Source: Pseudomonadota bacterium
GTDB taxonomy: Bacteria > Pseudomonadota > Alphaproteobacteria > RF32 > CAG-239
Assembly: GCA_918234285.1 (NCBI GenBank)
Contig: CAKJXZ020000010.1
Coordinates: 1-64,000, forward strand
Direction: 5' to 3'
DNA: 64,000 nt
The translations under genes and the position numbers were made by a program. This document shows, one piece after another, positions 37,786-47,993 of this stretch; the first letter of the stretch is position 1, and the number at the start of each line of letters is the position of its first letter. The notes under the pieces were generated by a model. The model saw only the letters and a program-made list of their open reading frames with translations, was not told where the DNA came from and did no database searches.

Positions 37786-39100
37786 CCGTATGTTTTTTCA
37801 TTTGTTTTTGTTTTTCGGCGCGCAGTTTATCAAAATATTCTATGCGTTTTTTAATTTCGCGCTCAAACCCGCGGTCTACCGGATAATAAAATTTGCGCCG
37901 TGCCATACCGTCCGGAAAATAATTTTGCCCCGAAAAACCATCATCCAAATCCTGATCATAAATATAGCCGTCGTGATATCCCAAATCTTTCATCAACTTG
38001 GTCGGGGCATTCAAAATATGTTTTGGCGGCATTAAAGAACCGGTTTGTTTTGCGGCATCATAAACTTTATACATAGCCTTATAAACACCGGCTGATTTCG
38101 GCGCGGTTGCCAAATATGCGGTAAGTTGCAAAATTGCCAAATCTCCCTCAGGCGAACCCAGGCGCTCATAAGTTTCAGAACAAGCTATGGCTTGTGTTAT
38201 TGCATTCGGATCTGCCAATGATACGTCTTCTATCGAAAAACGTAACAAACGCCGCAAAATATAGCGCGGATCTTCTCCCGCAACCAACATACGCCCCACC
38301 CAATAAAGCGCCGCATCAACATCGGAACCGCGCAAAGATTTATGTACTGCAGATATCAGATTATAATGTCCGTCGTTGCCTTTATCATAAATCGGTGCCC
38401 TCGAGCGAATTATGTTTATTATTTGGTCTTTTGTAAAAATTTCGCCTTTTTGTGCATACGACCATATATTTTCGGCAATATTCAAAATATATCGCCCATC
38501 ACCGTCGGCAATATTTTTTATGAATTCGCGTGCTTCGTCATCAATCGGTAATTTTTCGCCTTCTTCTTTTTCCGCCCGCTGTAATAATTCTTCAAAATTA
38601 TCCGGCGTTAAACGATTAAGTACAAATACCTGACAACGCGAAAGTAAAGCGGAATTAAGCTCAAACGACGGATTTTCGGTAGTAGCACCGACTAAAATTA
38701 CCGTTCCGTCCTCAACATATGGTAAAAACCCGTCCTGTTGCGATTTATTGAATCTGTGAATTTCATCAACAAACAACAACGTTCCTTTCCCTTGACCGTT
38801 GCGACGCTCTTTGGCATATTGAAAAACTCTTTTTAAATCGGCCACACCGGAAAAAACAGCGGAAATTTGTTCAAAATAAAGGTTTGTATATTCGGCAATC
38901 AATCGTGCAATTGTAGTTTTGCCGCAACCGGGAGGACCCCATAAAATAAACGAAGTTATTTTGCCGGATTTAAGCATTCTGCCGATAGGAGCATCATCCC
39001 CCGTCAGATGATTTTGACCGACAACCTCTTCCAGCTTACGCGGGCGTAATCTGTCAGCTAAAGGACGTTTAACATCTTCGGAAAAAAGCGTATCTTCCAT
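37769..39100 (-). CDS. rarA: Replication-associated recombination protein A
   Basis: PLADRLRP, GPPGCGKT, DEIHRFNK, ATTENPSF, SAVHKSLRGSD. Confidence 0.95.
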   Translation of the reverse strand: MEDTLFSEDVKRPLADRLRPRKLEEVVGQNHLTGDDAPIGRMLKSGKITSFILWGPPGCGKTTIARLIAEYTNLYFEQISAVFSGVADLKRVFQYAKERRNGQGKGTLLFVDEIHRFNKSQQDGFLPYVEDGTVILVGATTENPSFELNSALLSRCQVFVLNRLTPDNFEELLQRAEKEEGEKLPIDDEAREFIKNIADGDGRYILNIAENIWSYAQKGEIFTKDQIINIIRSRAPIYDKGNDGHYNLISAVHKSLRGSDVDAALYWVGRMLVAGEDPRYILRRLLRFSIEDVSLADPNAITQAIACSETYERLGSPEGDLAILQLTAYLATAPKSAGVYKAMYKVYDAAKQTGSLMPPKHILNAPTKLMKDLGYHDGYIYDQDLDDGFSGQNYFPDGMARRKFYYPVDRGFEREIKKRIEYFDKLRAEKQKQMKKHTDDGNE

Positions 39101-39102
39101 TG

Positions 39103-40173
39103 TTATCTTTCGTTTCCTTTATTAGTATTAACAATTATGGAGTTTTCTTTATTTTTATTTATGCGTTCTTCTTGCCGCTTTTCCAAAACTTCACGCTTAT
39201 ATTGCTCAATAGATTTTCTCAGTTCTTCGTTACTGTTTTCTTTTGGTTCTTTTATTTCTTTTTGTTCCCGTTTTTTATTATAATTTTCAATTATTTTTTC
39301 ATCAGAATCCGGTTTTTTGAATTTGTTTGCCAGTTCTTTTCCTTTTTTAACGATGGTAGAAACATTTACACTGGCTTTAGTGGCGTCAAAATCAAGGCTA
39401 CCGTTGCCGCCGCGGAAAAGTTGTTCCAAATCTATTCCGTTCATTTTACTTTTAGATTTTTTCTTTTTAGGTGCCATTAATTTTTTCATTTCTTCCATTG
39501 TCGGAACATGCCCGATTGCCTGTTCTATTTGCGCCGGAGAAATTATACATTCACTTAAATCGAGTTCATAAATATTTACACCGAAAAAATTACAGCCGGT
39601 AAAATCAACACCTCTTAAATTTACTTTACGAAGATCAATCCGTTTTAAATCAAGCATGGTTAAATTCAAGCGACTCAGATTTAATTTATGCGGATAATAT
39701 GTTGCTAAATATTCCACCAGTTCCTGCAATTCTTCTAAAGATAAGTTGTCTAAGTCGGCATCAAGTAAAATAGCATCTTGTAAATCGGCATTTTTAAGAG
39801 TTACGCCATGCATATGGGCGCCGGTAAAATTGGTTCCTATCAGTTTTGCGCCGATAAATATGGCACCGTCAAGCATAGCACCGCTTAAATCCGCCCCGCT
39901 TAAGTCCGCACCGGTAAAATTAACATCACGCAAATTAGCATTAGTTAAAATTATTTCCTGCATATTACTTCCGGAAAAATCGGCACCTTCGAGATTTTCG
40001 CCGCTGAAATTACCGCCTTGAAGAATTCTGCCGGTAAATATCAGGTTTTTATTAACTTCTTTTTCTTCAGTTTCTTCCGACAATTTAGCAATAGCACGCC
40101 ACGACTCACTTGTTTGTATCGAAGCAGGTATTTTATCTTTATTTTTTTGATGTTTATTGCCGTAATCAGTCAT
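39103..40173 (-). CDS. Pentapeptide repeat protein with charged C-terminal tail
   Basis: A(D/N)LxG repeats; ends KGNER; start chosen at MTDY. Confidence 0.85.
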   Translation of the reverse strand: MTDYGNKHQKNKDKIPASIQTSESWRAIAKLSEETEEKEVNKNLIFTGRILQGGNFSGENLEGADFSGSNMQEIILTNANLRDVNFTGADLSGADLSGAMLDGAIFIGAKLIGTNFTGAHMHGVTLKNADLQDAILLDADLDNLSLEELQELVEYLATYYPHKLNLSRLNLTMLDLKRIDLRKVNLRGVDFTGCNFFGVNIYELDLSECIISPAQIEQAIGHVPTMEEMKKLMAPKKKKSKSKMNGIDLEQLFRGGNGSLDFDATKASVNVSTIVKKGKELANKFKKPDSDEKIIENYNKKREQKEIKEPKENSNEELRKSIEQYKREVLEKRQEERINKNKENSIIVNTNKGNER

Positions 40174-40237
40174 TATCCGAATCTTTCTTTCAAACAACAA
40201 CTGTATTTTATATTATATTTTTTTAATTTACAATTAT

Positions 40238-41497
40238 TTATTTTTTGTTTTTTATACAAAAACATATTATAATTAAGCTAGGTACGCTCATACAGGCAGA
40301 TATTATAAAAAATATCTTCCATCCGACATAAGCGGCAACCACACCGCTGGTTGATGAAAAAATATCGCGGGAAGCACCCATTACCGACGATAAAAGTGCA
40401 TATTGAGTCGCTGTATATGATTTATTACATAAAGAAGAAATATAAGCCACCAAAGCCGTCGTTGCTAAACCGGAAATAAAATTTTCCACCGTTACCACAA
40501 TTATAAACAGAGGCATATTATGTCCGTACATGGCTTGTAAAGAAAAAAGCATTGTTGATAAACATTGTAATATTCCAAAATATAACAAACCATTTTTAAG
40601 ACCTATTTTATTTATAATCAATCCGCCGATAATACCGCCGCTGATGGCTGCAATCATACCATAAAGTTTCATTACGTTGGCTATTTCTATTTTGGTAAAT
40701 CCCATATCATCATAAAAAGGATTTATAACCGGATTAAAATAAGCATTACTTAAATGATACGTAAAAATAAGCAATAAAATCCAACCCCAATTTTGGTTTT
40801 GAATAAAGTTTTTCAACGGTTCCATTACCGAATCATTAAAAAATTCGGCTATACTTCTTTTTTGTTTTCTGTAAGTATATTCAACAGCTTCCGATGTATA
40901 TAAAATTGCTGCCAAACCTATAAAAATACCACATGCCATAAATTTATATGCGGTATTCCAATCAAAAAGAGCCGCCAAATAAAGCGCACCGGCACCTGAA
41001 TAAATCAACCCCAAGCGATATCCCAATACAAATATTGCTACTCCGTTTGCCTGTCTATCCGGATTTTTTTCAAAACATTCTACACGATATGCATCAAGAA
41101 CTATATCTTGTGAAGCCGATAAAAAAGCGGTAATAAAAGCCAAAAAAGCCATTAGACCGGTGTTTTTTGCCGGATTTATACATGACATCATAAAAATAGC
41201 AGAAAATAAGCATATTTGAATTATCAAAGCCCAAGAACGGCGTCTACCCATTTTATATATATATGGTAATTTTGTGTTATCAATAAACGGTGACCATAAC
41301 CATTTTACGGAATAAGGTATTTTTACTAAAGAATATCCGCCGATTAAAGCTAAAGCTATACCTGCTTGTTTTAACCATAATGTAAGAGTACCGAAAACCA
41401 ATAAAAAAGGAAAACCGCTGGAAAACCCCAGAGCCAATAATATAAGCATTTGTTTATTTATATATATATCTTTTATTTTTTGTAAGTATTTAAGCAT
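40238..41497 (-). CDS. ampG: AmpG muropeptide MFS permease
   Basis: LGFSSGFP, KWLWSP, GRRRSW, SASQDIVLDAYR, ATQYALLSS. Confidence 0.92.
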   Translation of the reverse strand: MLKYLQKIKDIYINKQMLILLALGFSSGFPFLLVFGTLTLWLKQAGIALALIGGYSLVKIPYSVKWLWSPFIDNTKLPYIYKMGRRRSWALIIQICLFSAIFMMSCINPAKNTGLMAFLAFITAFLSASQDIVLDAYRVECFEKNPDRQANGVAIFVLGYRLGLIYSGAGALYLAALFDWNTAYKFMACGIFIGLAAILYTSEAVEYTYRKQKRSIAEFFNDSVMEPLKNFIQNQNWGWILLLIFTYHLSNAYFNPVINPFYDDMGFTKIEIANVMKLYGMIAAISGGIIGGLIINKIGLKNGLLYFGILQCLSTMLFSLQAMYGHNMPLFIIVVTVENFISGLATTALVAYISSLCNKSYTATQYALLSSVMGASRDIFSSTSGVVAAYVGWKIFFIISACMSVPSLIIICFCIKNKK

Positions 41498-42194
41498 CTT
41501 TTTTTATTTCATCATTTAACCATAGCGGATTTTTTATATTTTTTTCCAAAAACGCTCGATGTTCAGCTATTTCCTCGGCCGATAAATCAAAATGTCTTTC
41601 AATTATATTTACCTTTGAATTTGTTTTTATTTTATTAATTTTTATATTATTTTCCATGGTAAATAATCCGGAACTTTCATCGCCGTATAATAACTTATAA
41701 TACACTTCATATAATAACTGTGCATCAAGTAAAGCACCGTGAAAAGTACGCGCCGAATCATCTACACCAAACCTCTTACATAAATCTTCCAATCTATTAT
41801 GTTGCCCCGGAAATTTTTTACGTGCTATAGCTAAAGTATCTATAATTCTGTCGCTGTCCTCATACGTTTTAAAACCGCATTTTTTCAGTTCCATATTAAT
41901 AAAATTCATATCAAAAGACGCATTATGAGCTACAAAAATACCGTCATCACCCACAAAATCCACCCATTTTTGCGCAATTTCATAAAATTTAGGCTTATTA
42001 ATCAATTCTTCATTGGTAATACCGTGAATAGCTATAACTTCTTCCGACATTTCTCTTTCCGGATTTATATATTCGTGAAAAGTTTTTCCCGTCGGAATGT
42101 GATCTATAAGTTCAAGTGCACCTATTTCAACTATTCTGTCTCCGTGTTCCGGAAATCTGCCGGTGGTTTCGGTATCAAAGCATATTTCTCTCAT
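41490..42194 (-). CDS. dnaQ: DNA polymerase III epsilon subunit
   Basis: DTETTG, AHNASFD, HGALLDA. Confidence 0.95.
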   Translation of the reverse strand: MREICFDTETTGRFPEHGDRIVEIGALELIDHIPTGKTFHEYINPEREMSEEVIAIHGITNEELINKPKFYEIAQKWVDFVGDDGIFVAHNASFDMNFINMELKKCGFKTYEDSDRIIDTLAIARKKFPGQHNRLEDLCKRFGVDDSARTFHGALLDAQLLYEVYYKLLYGDESSGLFTMENNIKINKIKTNSKVNIIERHFDLSAEEIAEHRAFLEKNIKNPLWLNDEIKKDA

Positions 42195-42772
42195 TATAAT
42201 ATCTCATCCATAAATTGCATTATCTGTACTTTATTTATATTTTCCGGTTCACCGGTATTTATTATTATATCAGCCATTTCTCTTTTTTCAGTTTGAGAAA
42301 TTTGTACTTTTATTATTTTATAAAAATCTTCTTCCGATATATTATCTCTTTTCATAACTCTTTGTTTTTGTGTTTCTTCATCTATATCTGCAATTATTAT
42401 ATAATCACAATAAATATCCCAGTTTTTTTCAAAAAGTAAAGCAGCATCAAAAAATATAACATCGGTATTACGACTGAATTTATTAATAACGGTTTTTATT
42501 TTCTTTTTTAAAAACGGATGCACTATCTGTTCTAATTTTTGCAGTTGATATTTATTATTAAATACCAAATTACGTAGACTTCTTTTATTAAAAACACCGT
42601 TTTCGAAGGTTGTCGGAAAATTTTGTTTTATTATATTTAAAAATTCGGATTTTTTATAAAAGTCACGTACCCATTTATCGGGATTATATACAACGAATCC
42701 CATCTTTTTTATTATATTAGCTAAATAAGTTTTGCCGCAGCCGATGGAGCCGGTTATACCTATTATTATCAT
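42194..42772 (-). CDS. coaE: Dephospho-CoA kinase
   Basis: GITGSIGCGKT, LEQIVHP, LLFE motifs. Confidence 0.92.
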   Translation of the reverse strand: MIIIGITGSIGCGKTYLANIIKKMGFVVYNPDKWVRDFYKKSEFLNIIKQNFPTTFENGVFNKRSLRNLVFNNKYQLQKLEQIVHPFLKKKIKTVINKFSRNTDVIFFDAALLFEKNWDIYCDYIIIADIDEETQKQRVMKRDNISEEDFYKIIKVQISQTEKREMADIIINTGEPENINKVQIMQFMDEIL

Positions 42773-43205
42773 TTTTTTCCTTTAATCATAAAGTTATGTA
42801 TTTTATACACATATACACCATAAAATGTGTATAAAAAAAGCGCTTAAAAAATTTCTAGCAAATTGTATACATATTGTAAAAAAATTAAGAACAGTTATTC
42901 ACATGTTCATAAAAATTTACACATATTGTTAATTATGTTTATATTTTTATTAACTATTTTTTAACTTATTGAATCATTAAAAATTTATTAATAAAAAAAC
43001 ATATCAGATATAAACATATTAATAACTATATTTTTTAATTAACAAAAATAACAAGGTTATATAATCAATCAAAAATAATTTTTAAATATTTATTTGGGAA
43101 AAATTTTTGTGCAAAATATATTGACTTTTTGTTTTTTATTAAATATAAAACACTCAATGAATTTTCAATATTCATTTCTTTTTTAACAATCATAAAAAGG
43201 TTATC
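42773..43205. other. Probable chromosomal replication origin (oriC)
   Basis: AT-rich; DnaA boxes TTATACACA 42803-42811, TGTGTATAA 42826-42834, TTATTCACA 42895-42903; lies between coaE-dnaQ and rho as in alphaproteobacterial origins. Confidence 0.7.
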
Positions 43206-44459
43206 ATGCATTTAAGAGAATTAAAAGATAAGTCTCCGACTGAGCTTTTGACTCAGGCTGAGGATATGGGAATTGAAGATGCATCTTCCATGCGTGTTCA
43301 GGATTTGGTTTTTGCTATTATGAAAAAACTGGCCGAAGATGATACTGTTATTTGCGGTGACGGTGTTATAGAGGTTATGCAAGACGGTTTTGGTTTTTTA
43401 CGCTCGGTAAAATCTAATTTTTTAGCCAGTGCCGATGATATATATGTATCACCGCAACAGGTTAAAAAATTTGCACTTCGCACCGGTGATTCGGTTGAAG
43501 GTGAAATTCGTGCTCCAAAAGAAAATGAGCGTTATTTTGCCTTAACTAAAATAAATACCATAAATTTTGATGATCCTGAAAAATCTAAAATGCGGGTTAA
43601 CTTTGATAACCTTACACCGCTTTATCCGACAGAAAAGCTTAATTTTGATATTATATGCGGCGATAAAGATTATACCACCAGAGTTATTGATTTAATATCT
43701 CCGCAAGGTAAAGGTCAACGCGGATTAATTGTAGCACCGCCGCGTACCGGTAAAACTGTAATGCTGCAAAATATTGCACATGCGATTGCGATGAATCATC
43801 CGGAAGTATATTTAATGGTACTTTTAATTGATGAGCGTCCGGAAGAAGTTACGGATATGACGCGCTCGGTTAAAGGTGAAGTTATTTCTTCTACATTTGA
43901 TGAACCGGCAACTCGCCATGTTCAGGTCGCGGAAATGTGTATTGAAAAAGCCAAACGTTTGGTGGAAACTAAAAAAGATGTAGTAATTCTTTTGGATTCC
44001 ATAACTCGTTTAGGTCGTGCTTATAATGCGGTTGTACCTTCTTCCGGTAAGGTTTTAACAGGTGGTGTTGATGCTAATGCTTTACAACGTCCGAAACGTT
44101 TGTTAGGTGCGGCGCGTAACGTGGAAGAAGGCGGTTCTTTAACTATTATTGCCACAGCATTGATTGATACCGGCTCGCGTATGGATGAAGTTATTTTTGA
44201 AGAGTTTAAAGGTACAGGTAATTCGGAAATTATATTGGATAGAAAATTAACCGATAAGCGTTTGTTCCCTACTATTGATATAACTCGTTCCGGCACACGT
44301 AAAGAAGAACTTTTGGTGGATAAAGCCACTCTTACCAAAATGTGGGTGTTACGTCGCGTACTGATGCAAATGGGTATGACCGACGGTATGGAATTTTTAT
44401 TAGATAAACTCAGAAATTCTAAAGATAATAATGACTTTTTCCAAAATATGAACTCATAA
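43206..44459 (+). CDS. rho: Transcription termination factor Rho
   Basis: [37 protein letters not shown]. Confidence 0.98.
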   Translation: MHLRELKDKSPTELLTQAEDMGIEDASSMRVQDLVFAIMKKLAEDDTVICGDGVIEVMQDGFGFLRSVKSNFLASADDIYVSPQQVKKFALRTGDSVEGEIRAPKENERYFALTKINTINFDDPEKSKMRVNFDNLTPLYPTEKLNFDIICGDKDYTTRVIDLISPQGKGQRGLIVAPPRTGKTVMLQNIAHAIAMNHPEVYLMVLLIDERPEEVTDMTRSVKGEVISSTFDEPATRHVQVAEMCIEKAKRLVETKKDVVILLDSITRLGRAYNAVVPSSGKVLTGGVDANALQRPKRLLGAARNVEEGGSLTIIATALIDTGSRMDEVIFEEFKGTGNSEIILDRKLTDKRLFPTIDITRSGTRKEELLVDKATLTKMWVLRRVLMQMGMTDGMEFLLDKLRNSKDNNDFFQNMNS

Positions 44460-44461
44460 TT

Positions 44462-44995
44462 TTATAAGTCTTTATTGCGGCGTAAAAGTATATATAAAGC
44501 GCCTTGACCGCCGTGTCTTTCCGACGGATTTTTAAAAACCAATATCATTGAACGAATCCGAGGCATATTAAGCCATTGCGGAGTTTGTCGCTTTAAAACT
44601 CCTTTCGGTGCGTAAATATCATCATTTTGATGTATATTGCCTTTTCCTGTGATCACAACTACGCAGCGTTTACCTTGATTATAGCACGAAGTGATGAAAT
44701 CCTCGACTTTTTCAAAAGCATCATCTTCCTTATAACCGTGCAGATCAAGGACGGCTTCTATCGGAAATTCTTCTTTTTTAAATTTATTGAGAGTATTTTT
44801 ATCTATGCCACCTAACTCCATATCTTCTAAATTTTTAGAATAAGTGGAAAACTCTTGTTTGACGGCGTATTGACGATGATTTCTTATTTTTATCTCCGGT
44901 TGAGGTTTATTTTCAACCGTATTTATAATAGGAGATGGATTAATATCTTTAATTGTTTCAAGCCAAAACAATTCATCTTCTTTATCGGGTAACAT
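44462..44995 (-). CDS. Smr domain protein
   Basis: LDLHG, VITGKG, HGGQGALYILL. Confidence 0.9.
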   Translation of the reverse strand: MLPDKEDELFWLETIKDINPSPIINTVENKPQPEIKIRNHRQYAVKQEFSTYSKNLEDMELGGIDKNTLNKFKKEEFPIEAVLDLHGYKEDDAFEKVEDFITSCYNQGKRCVVVITGKGNIHQNDDIYAPKGVLKRQTPQWLNMPRIRSMILVFKNPSERHGGQGALYILLRRNKDL

Positions 44996-44997
44996 TT

Positions 44998-46200
44998 TTA
45001 ATTAACCTTCACTGAAGATTCTTTAGGTAAAATAATGAAATATTTTCCGACAGAATTCATACGACCGGCATATTTAAGCGCCTCCTCGCCGTGTCCCCAA
45101 AAATAATCGCCGCGTACCACGCCTTTAATGGCACTACCTATATCTTGCGCAAATACAATTTTATTTATATTACGTTTATCCGGACTTAAAGTATCAAGCC
45201 AAAGCATGGAGCTGAGAGGAATATAGCGTGTATCAACCGCCAAACTGCGACCGGCAGTTAAAGAAACACCATAGGCACCGAGCGGTCCGTCGGCGGTATT
45301 TATTTTTTGAAAAATAAATCTTTCATTTTCCGCCATTAAATCTTGTGCTTTATCCGGATTTTTGCGCAACCATTCGCGAATTTTAGGCATAGAAGAATCT
45401 TCTGGTTTTATCAGACCTTTGTTTATCAATATACTACCTATACCCTTAAATTTATGTCCGTTGTTGTCGGCATATCCGATTCTGATTTCGCTGCCGTCAT
45501 CCATTTTAGCCACAGCCGAACCCTGAATCTGCATAAAATGAATGTCAACCAAATCATCACCCCAAACAATTACCGGTGCAGAAATACCGTTGTTTTCAAT
45601 GTCGCGACGATTATAATAAGGCACAAATTTGTTATTAACCACACGTCCGACTAAACGAGTATTAGGTAAATCTTTATCAAAATCATGTAAATTAAGCTCA
45701 ATTAAATCGTTCGGTTTTCCATAAACCGGATATTTGTATCTGTTGCTTTTGGTATAAGATGCATTTATAACCGCTTCGTAATAAGAGGTAAATTTTCCTT
45801 CAGCTTTACCATTGTCGGTAACGGCATAAGGTATGAATTCAGACTCGATAAAACTTTTCATCTCAGCCGAGGTTTTAATGTTTTTATTATTGAATTTATT
45901 ACACTTGTTTTGTAAATCTGCCGCAGGTATTTTTAAGTTTTCGCTGCTGATGTAGGTATTTTTACTTTTAAGTATTTGAGTACAGTTCTTTTTAAAAACC
46001 GGAATAACTTCGCTGAAATTTTCGCTGTTCCAGCCGGATAAATCGGAAAAAGCTACTTTTTTTATCTGCATATCACCGGATATATCCGTGATAGCGGATT
46101 TTTTAGAACAACCGTTAATATTACATATAATAAGTGCGACAGCAGCAAGATTAAGCGCTTTTTTTGGTTGAAACCAATGTCCAATTTTTATTTTTTGCAT
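44998..46200 (-). CDS. mltA: Lytic murein transglycosylase A
   Basis: FTSYYE, QIQGS, SLAVD, QDIGSAIKG..R.D.FWG; start uncertain. Confidence 0.9.
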   Translation of the reverse strand: MQKIKIGHWFQPKKALNLAAVALIICNINGCSKKSAITDISGDMQIKKVAFSDLSGWNSENFSEVIPVFKKNCTQILKSKNTYISSENLKIPAADLQNKCNKFNNKNIKTSAEMKSFIESEFIPYAVTDNGKAEGKFTSYYEAVINASYTKSNRYKYPVYGKPNDLIELNLHDFDKDLPNTRLVGRVVNNKFVPYYNRRDIENNGISAPVIVWGDDLVDIHFMQIQGSAVAKMDDGSEIRIGYADNNGHKFKGIGSILINKGLIKPEDSSMPKIREWLRKNPDKAQDLMAENERFIFQKINTADGPLGAYGVSLTAGRSLAVDTRYIPLSSMLWLDTLSPDKRNINKIVFAQDIGSAIKGVVRGDYFWGHGEEALKYAGRMNSVGKYFIILPKESSVKVN

Positions 46201-46804
46201 TGAAAAGTCTTTCAAAAGTCCATACATCGGTGATATTTTGCACAAAGTTTTCATCACCTTCAATGATTTTTCCGGTAGCATCTTTTAAGATATTTATTTG
46301 TTCGCTTTCAAACTCCACAATAACTTTAACACTGTTTTTCAAGAGTTTTATATCTTTTATTTCACTTTTTTTAAAGCAGATAAAATCAACTTCAGAAGTT
46401 ATATTGTTTTCTTTTCTGAACAGCAGAACTTTATTAAAAGCGTCCCAAATTTTTTTACTGACCAATCCTTTTATATTTTCGATATTACCGGTGCTGAAAG
46501 ATTGTAATACCATTTCAAAAACCCGGCAAGCTCCCTGTAAAAATTTATCTTTATTAAAATCGCCGATTTTATCGGTATTATAGCTTTTATCGTTTGCACT
46601 ATCAATAGTTATGATTGTATCTTTTTTATTTTCTTTGATTATTTGTTTTATATTTTCCATAACATCTTTATCCGTATTATCAATAGGTTTTATAATAACG
46701 CGGATATTTTTTTCGTTACCGTGCGAACCGAATGCCGCGTATAAACGAGAAATAATAAAAACAACGAGAATCATTAAAAAGATTATATCAATAAAAGACA
46801 CCAT
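46151..46804 (-). CDS. Tim44/TimA-like protein
   Basis: FLQGA, DVWTFER, W.LV motifs; synteny with mltA and secB. Confidence 0.85.
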   Translation of the reverse strand: MVSFIDIIFLMILVVFIISRLYAAFGSHGNEKNIRVIIKPIDNTDKDVMENIKQIIKENKKDTIITIDSANDKSYNTDKIGDFNKDKFLQGACRVFEMVLQSFSTGNIENIKGLVSKKIWDAFNKVLLFRKENNITSEVDFICFKKSEIKDIKLLKNSVKVIVEFESEQINILKDATGKIIEGDENFVQNITDVWTFERLFNAKNKNWTLVSTKKSA

Positions 46805-46934
46805 TTTATTTATCCTAAATTTAGTTCTGCTACAAATATAATAACAAAAAATTTTTTAATCAACATAAAATATTTGACGTATTTAAATTTTAGTATTATT
46901 TGTATAGAAAATTTTGCAAGAAAAGGAGAAAAAA

Positions 46935-47423
46935 ATGGCAAAAGAAGAAAAAAAGGAAAATACCGTTAACGTTGAACAACCTGAAGGTATTATGATTCAC
47001 AGTCAATATGTTAAAGATATGTCTTTAGAAATTCCGTTTGCACCGGAAATTTTCAAAGAGATGAATCAAAATCCGAATGTGCATATTGATATCAGCTTAG
47101 CTAACAGATCCATCGAAAAAGATATTTTCGAAGTTGCTTTGACCGCAAAAATCAATGCTGATTTGGGCGAAAAGAAACTCTTTATTTTGGAATTGACTTA
47201 TGCTTGCTTGGCAACAGTAAGAGTTCCGGCCGAACATTTGGAACCGATATTGTTTGTAGAATTACCGCGCATGTTGTTCCCGTTCGTTCGCTCGATTATT
47301 GCCAACAATATGTCGGAAGCCGGATTGCCGGCAATGCTTATCAGCCCGATAGACTTTATTGCTCTTTATAATGCAAAAAAAGCTAAAGAAGCTGAAAAAG
47401 CCGAAAAAGACGAGAAAAAATAA
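46935..47423 (+). CDS. secB: Protein-export chaperone SecB
   Basis: QYVKDMSLE, PRMLFPFVR, PIDFIALY. Confidence 0.93.
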   Translation: MAKEEKKENTVNVEQPEGIMIHSQYVKDMSLEIPFAPEIFKEMNQNPNVHIDISLANRSIEKDIFEVALTAKINADLGEKKLFILELTYACLATVRVPAEHLEPILFVELPRMLFPFVRSIIANNMSEAGLPAMLISPIDFIALYNAKKAKEAEKAEKDEKK

Positions 47424-47438
47424 GAAGAATTTCCGACG

Positions 47439-47909
47439 ATGCGTTTAGCATTATATCAACCGGATATTCCGCAAAATACAGGCACGCTCCTTCGTTTGGG
47501 AGCGTGTTTGGATTTGGCGGTGGATATTATAGAACCATGCGGATTTTTATTTAATGAAAAAGCCATGCGCCGCGCCGGAATGGACTATTTGGAATTTGTA
47601 AAATATCGTCGCCACGATTCTTGGGAGGATTTTTTGGCTTATCGCCGGGGGAATCCGCAAGAATACGGGCGAATTATATTATTAACCACCAAAGGAAATA
47701 TTTCTTTTTTGGATTTTGAATTTAAGCCTAATGATATTATTTTAATGGGGCGCGAGAGTGCCGGTGTGCCGGAAAATGTGCATAATTTGGCCGATGCTCA
47801 ACTGCTTATTCCGATGAATCCGCAGGCACGCTCGATTAATATGGCGGTTTCCGCAGCCATGGCCGTAACCGAGGGTTTGCGGCAAATCGGCGGTTTTCCC
47901 AAAATATAA
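47439..47909 (+). CDS. trmL: tRNA (cytidine/uridine-34-2'-O)-methyltransferase
   Basis: QPDIPQNTG, IEPCGF, RRAGMDY, GRESAGVP, RSINMA. Confidence 0.92.
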   Translation: MRLALYQPDIPQNTGTLLRLGACLDLAVDIIEPCGFLFNEKAMRRAGMDYLEFVKYRRHDSWEDFLAYRRGNPQEYGRIILLTTKGNISFLDFEFKPNDIILMGRESAGVPENVHNLADAQLLIPMNPQARSINMAVSAAMAVTEGLRQIGGFPKI

Positions 47910-47936
47910 CAAATCGGTGGTTTTCCCAAAATATAA
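47883..47936 (+). repeat. 27-bp tandem duplication of the trmL 3' end
   Basis: caaatcgg(c/t)ggttttcccaaaatataa twice, one mismatch. Confidence 0.85.
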
Positions 47937-47993
47937 AAAATAATTGAACAGTTTTGCTTTTTGTGGTATATTCCCCACAAAGGGATAAAGAAG

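Noticed and set aside
46201-46281. Long mltA N-terminus overlapping Tim44
   Set aside because: A later start near 46200 gives a plausible signal-like region and less overlap.
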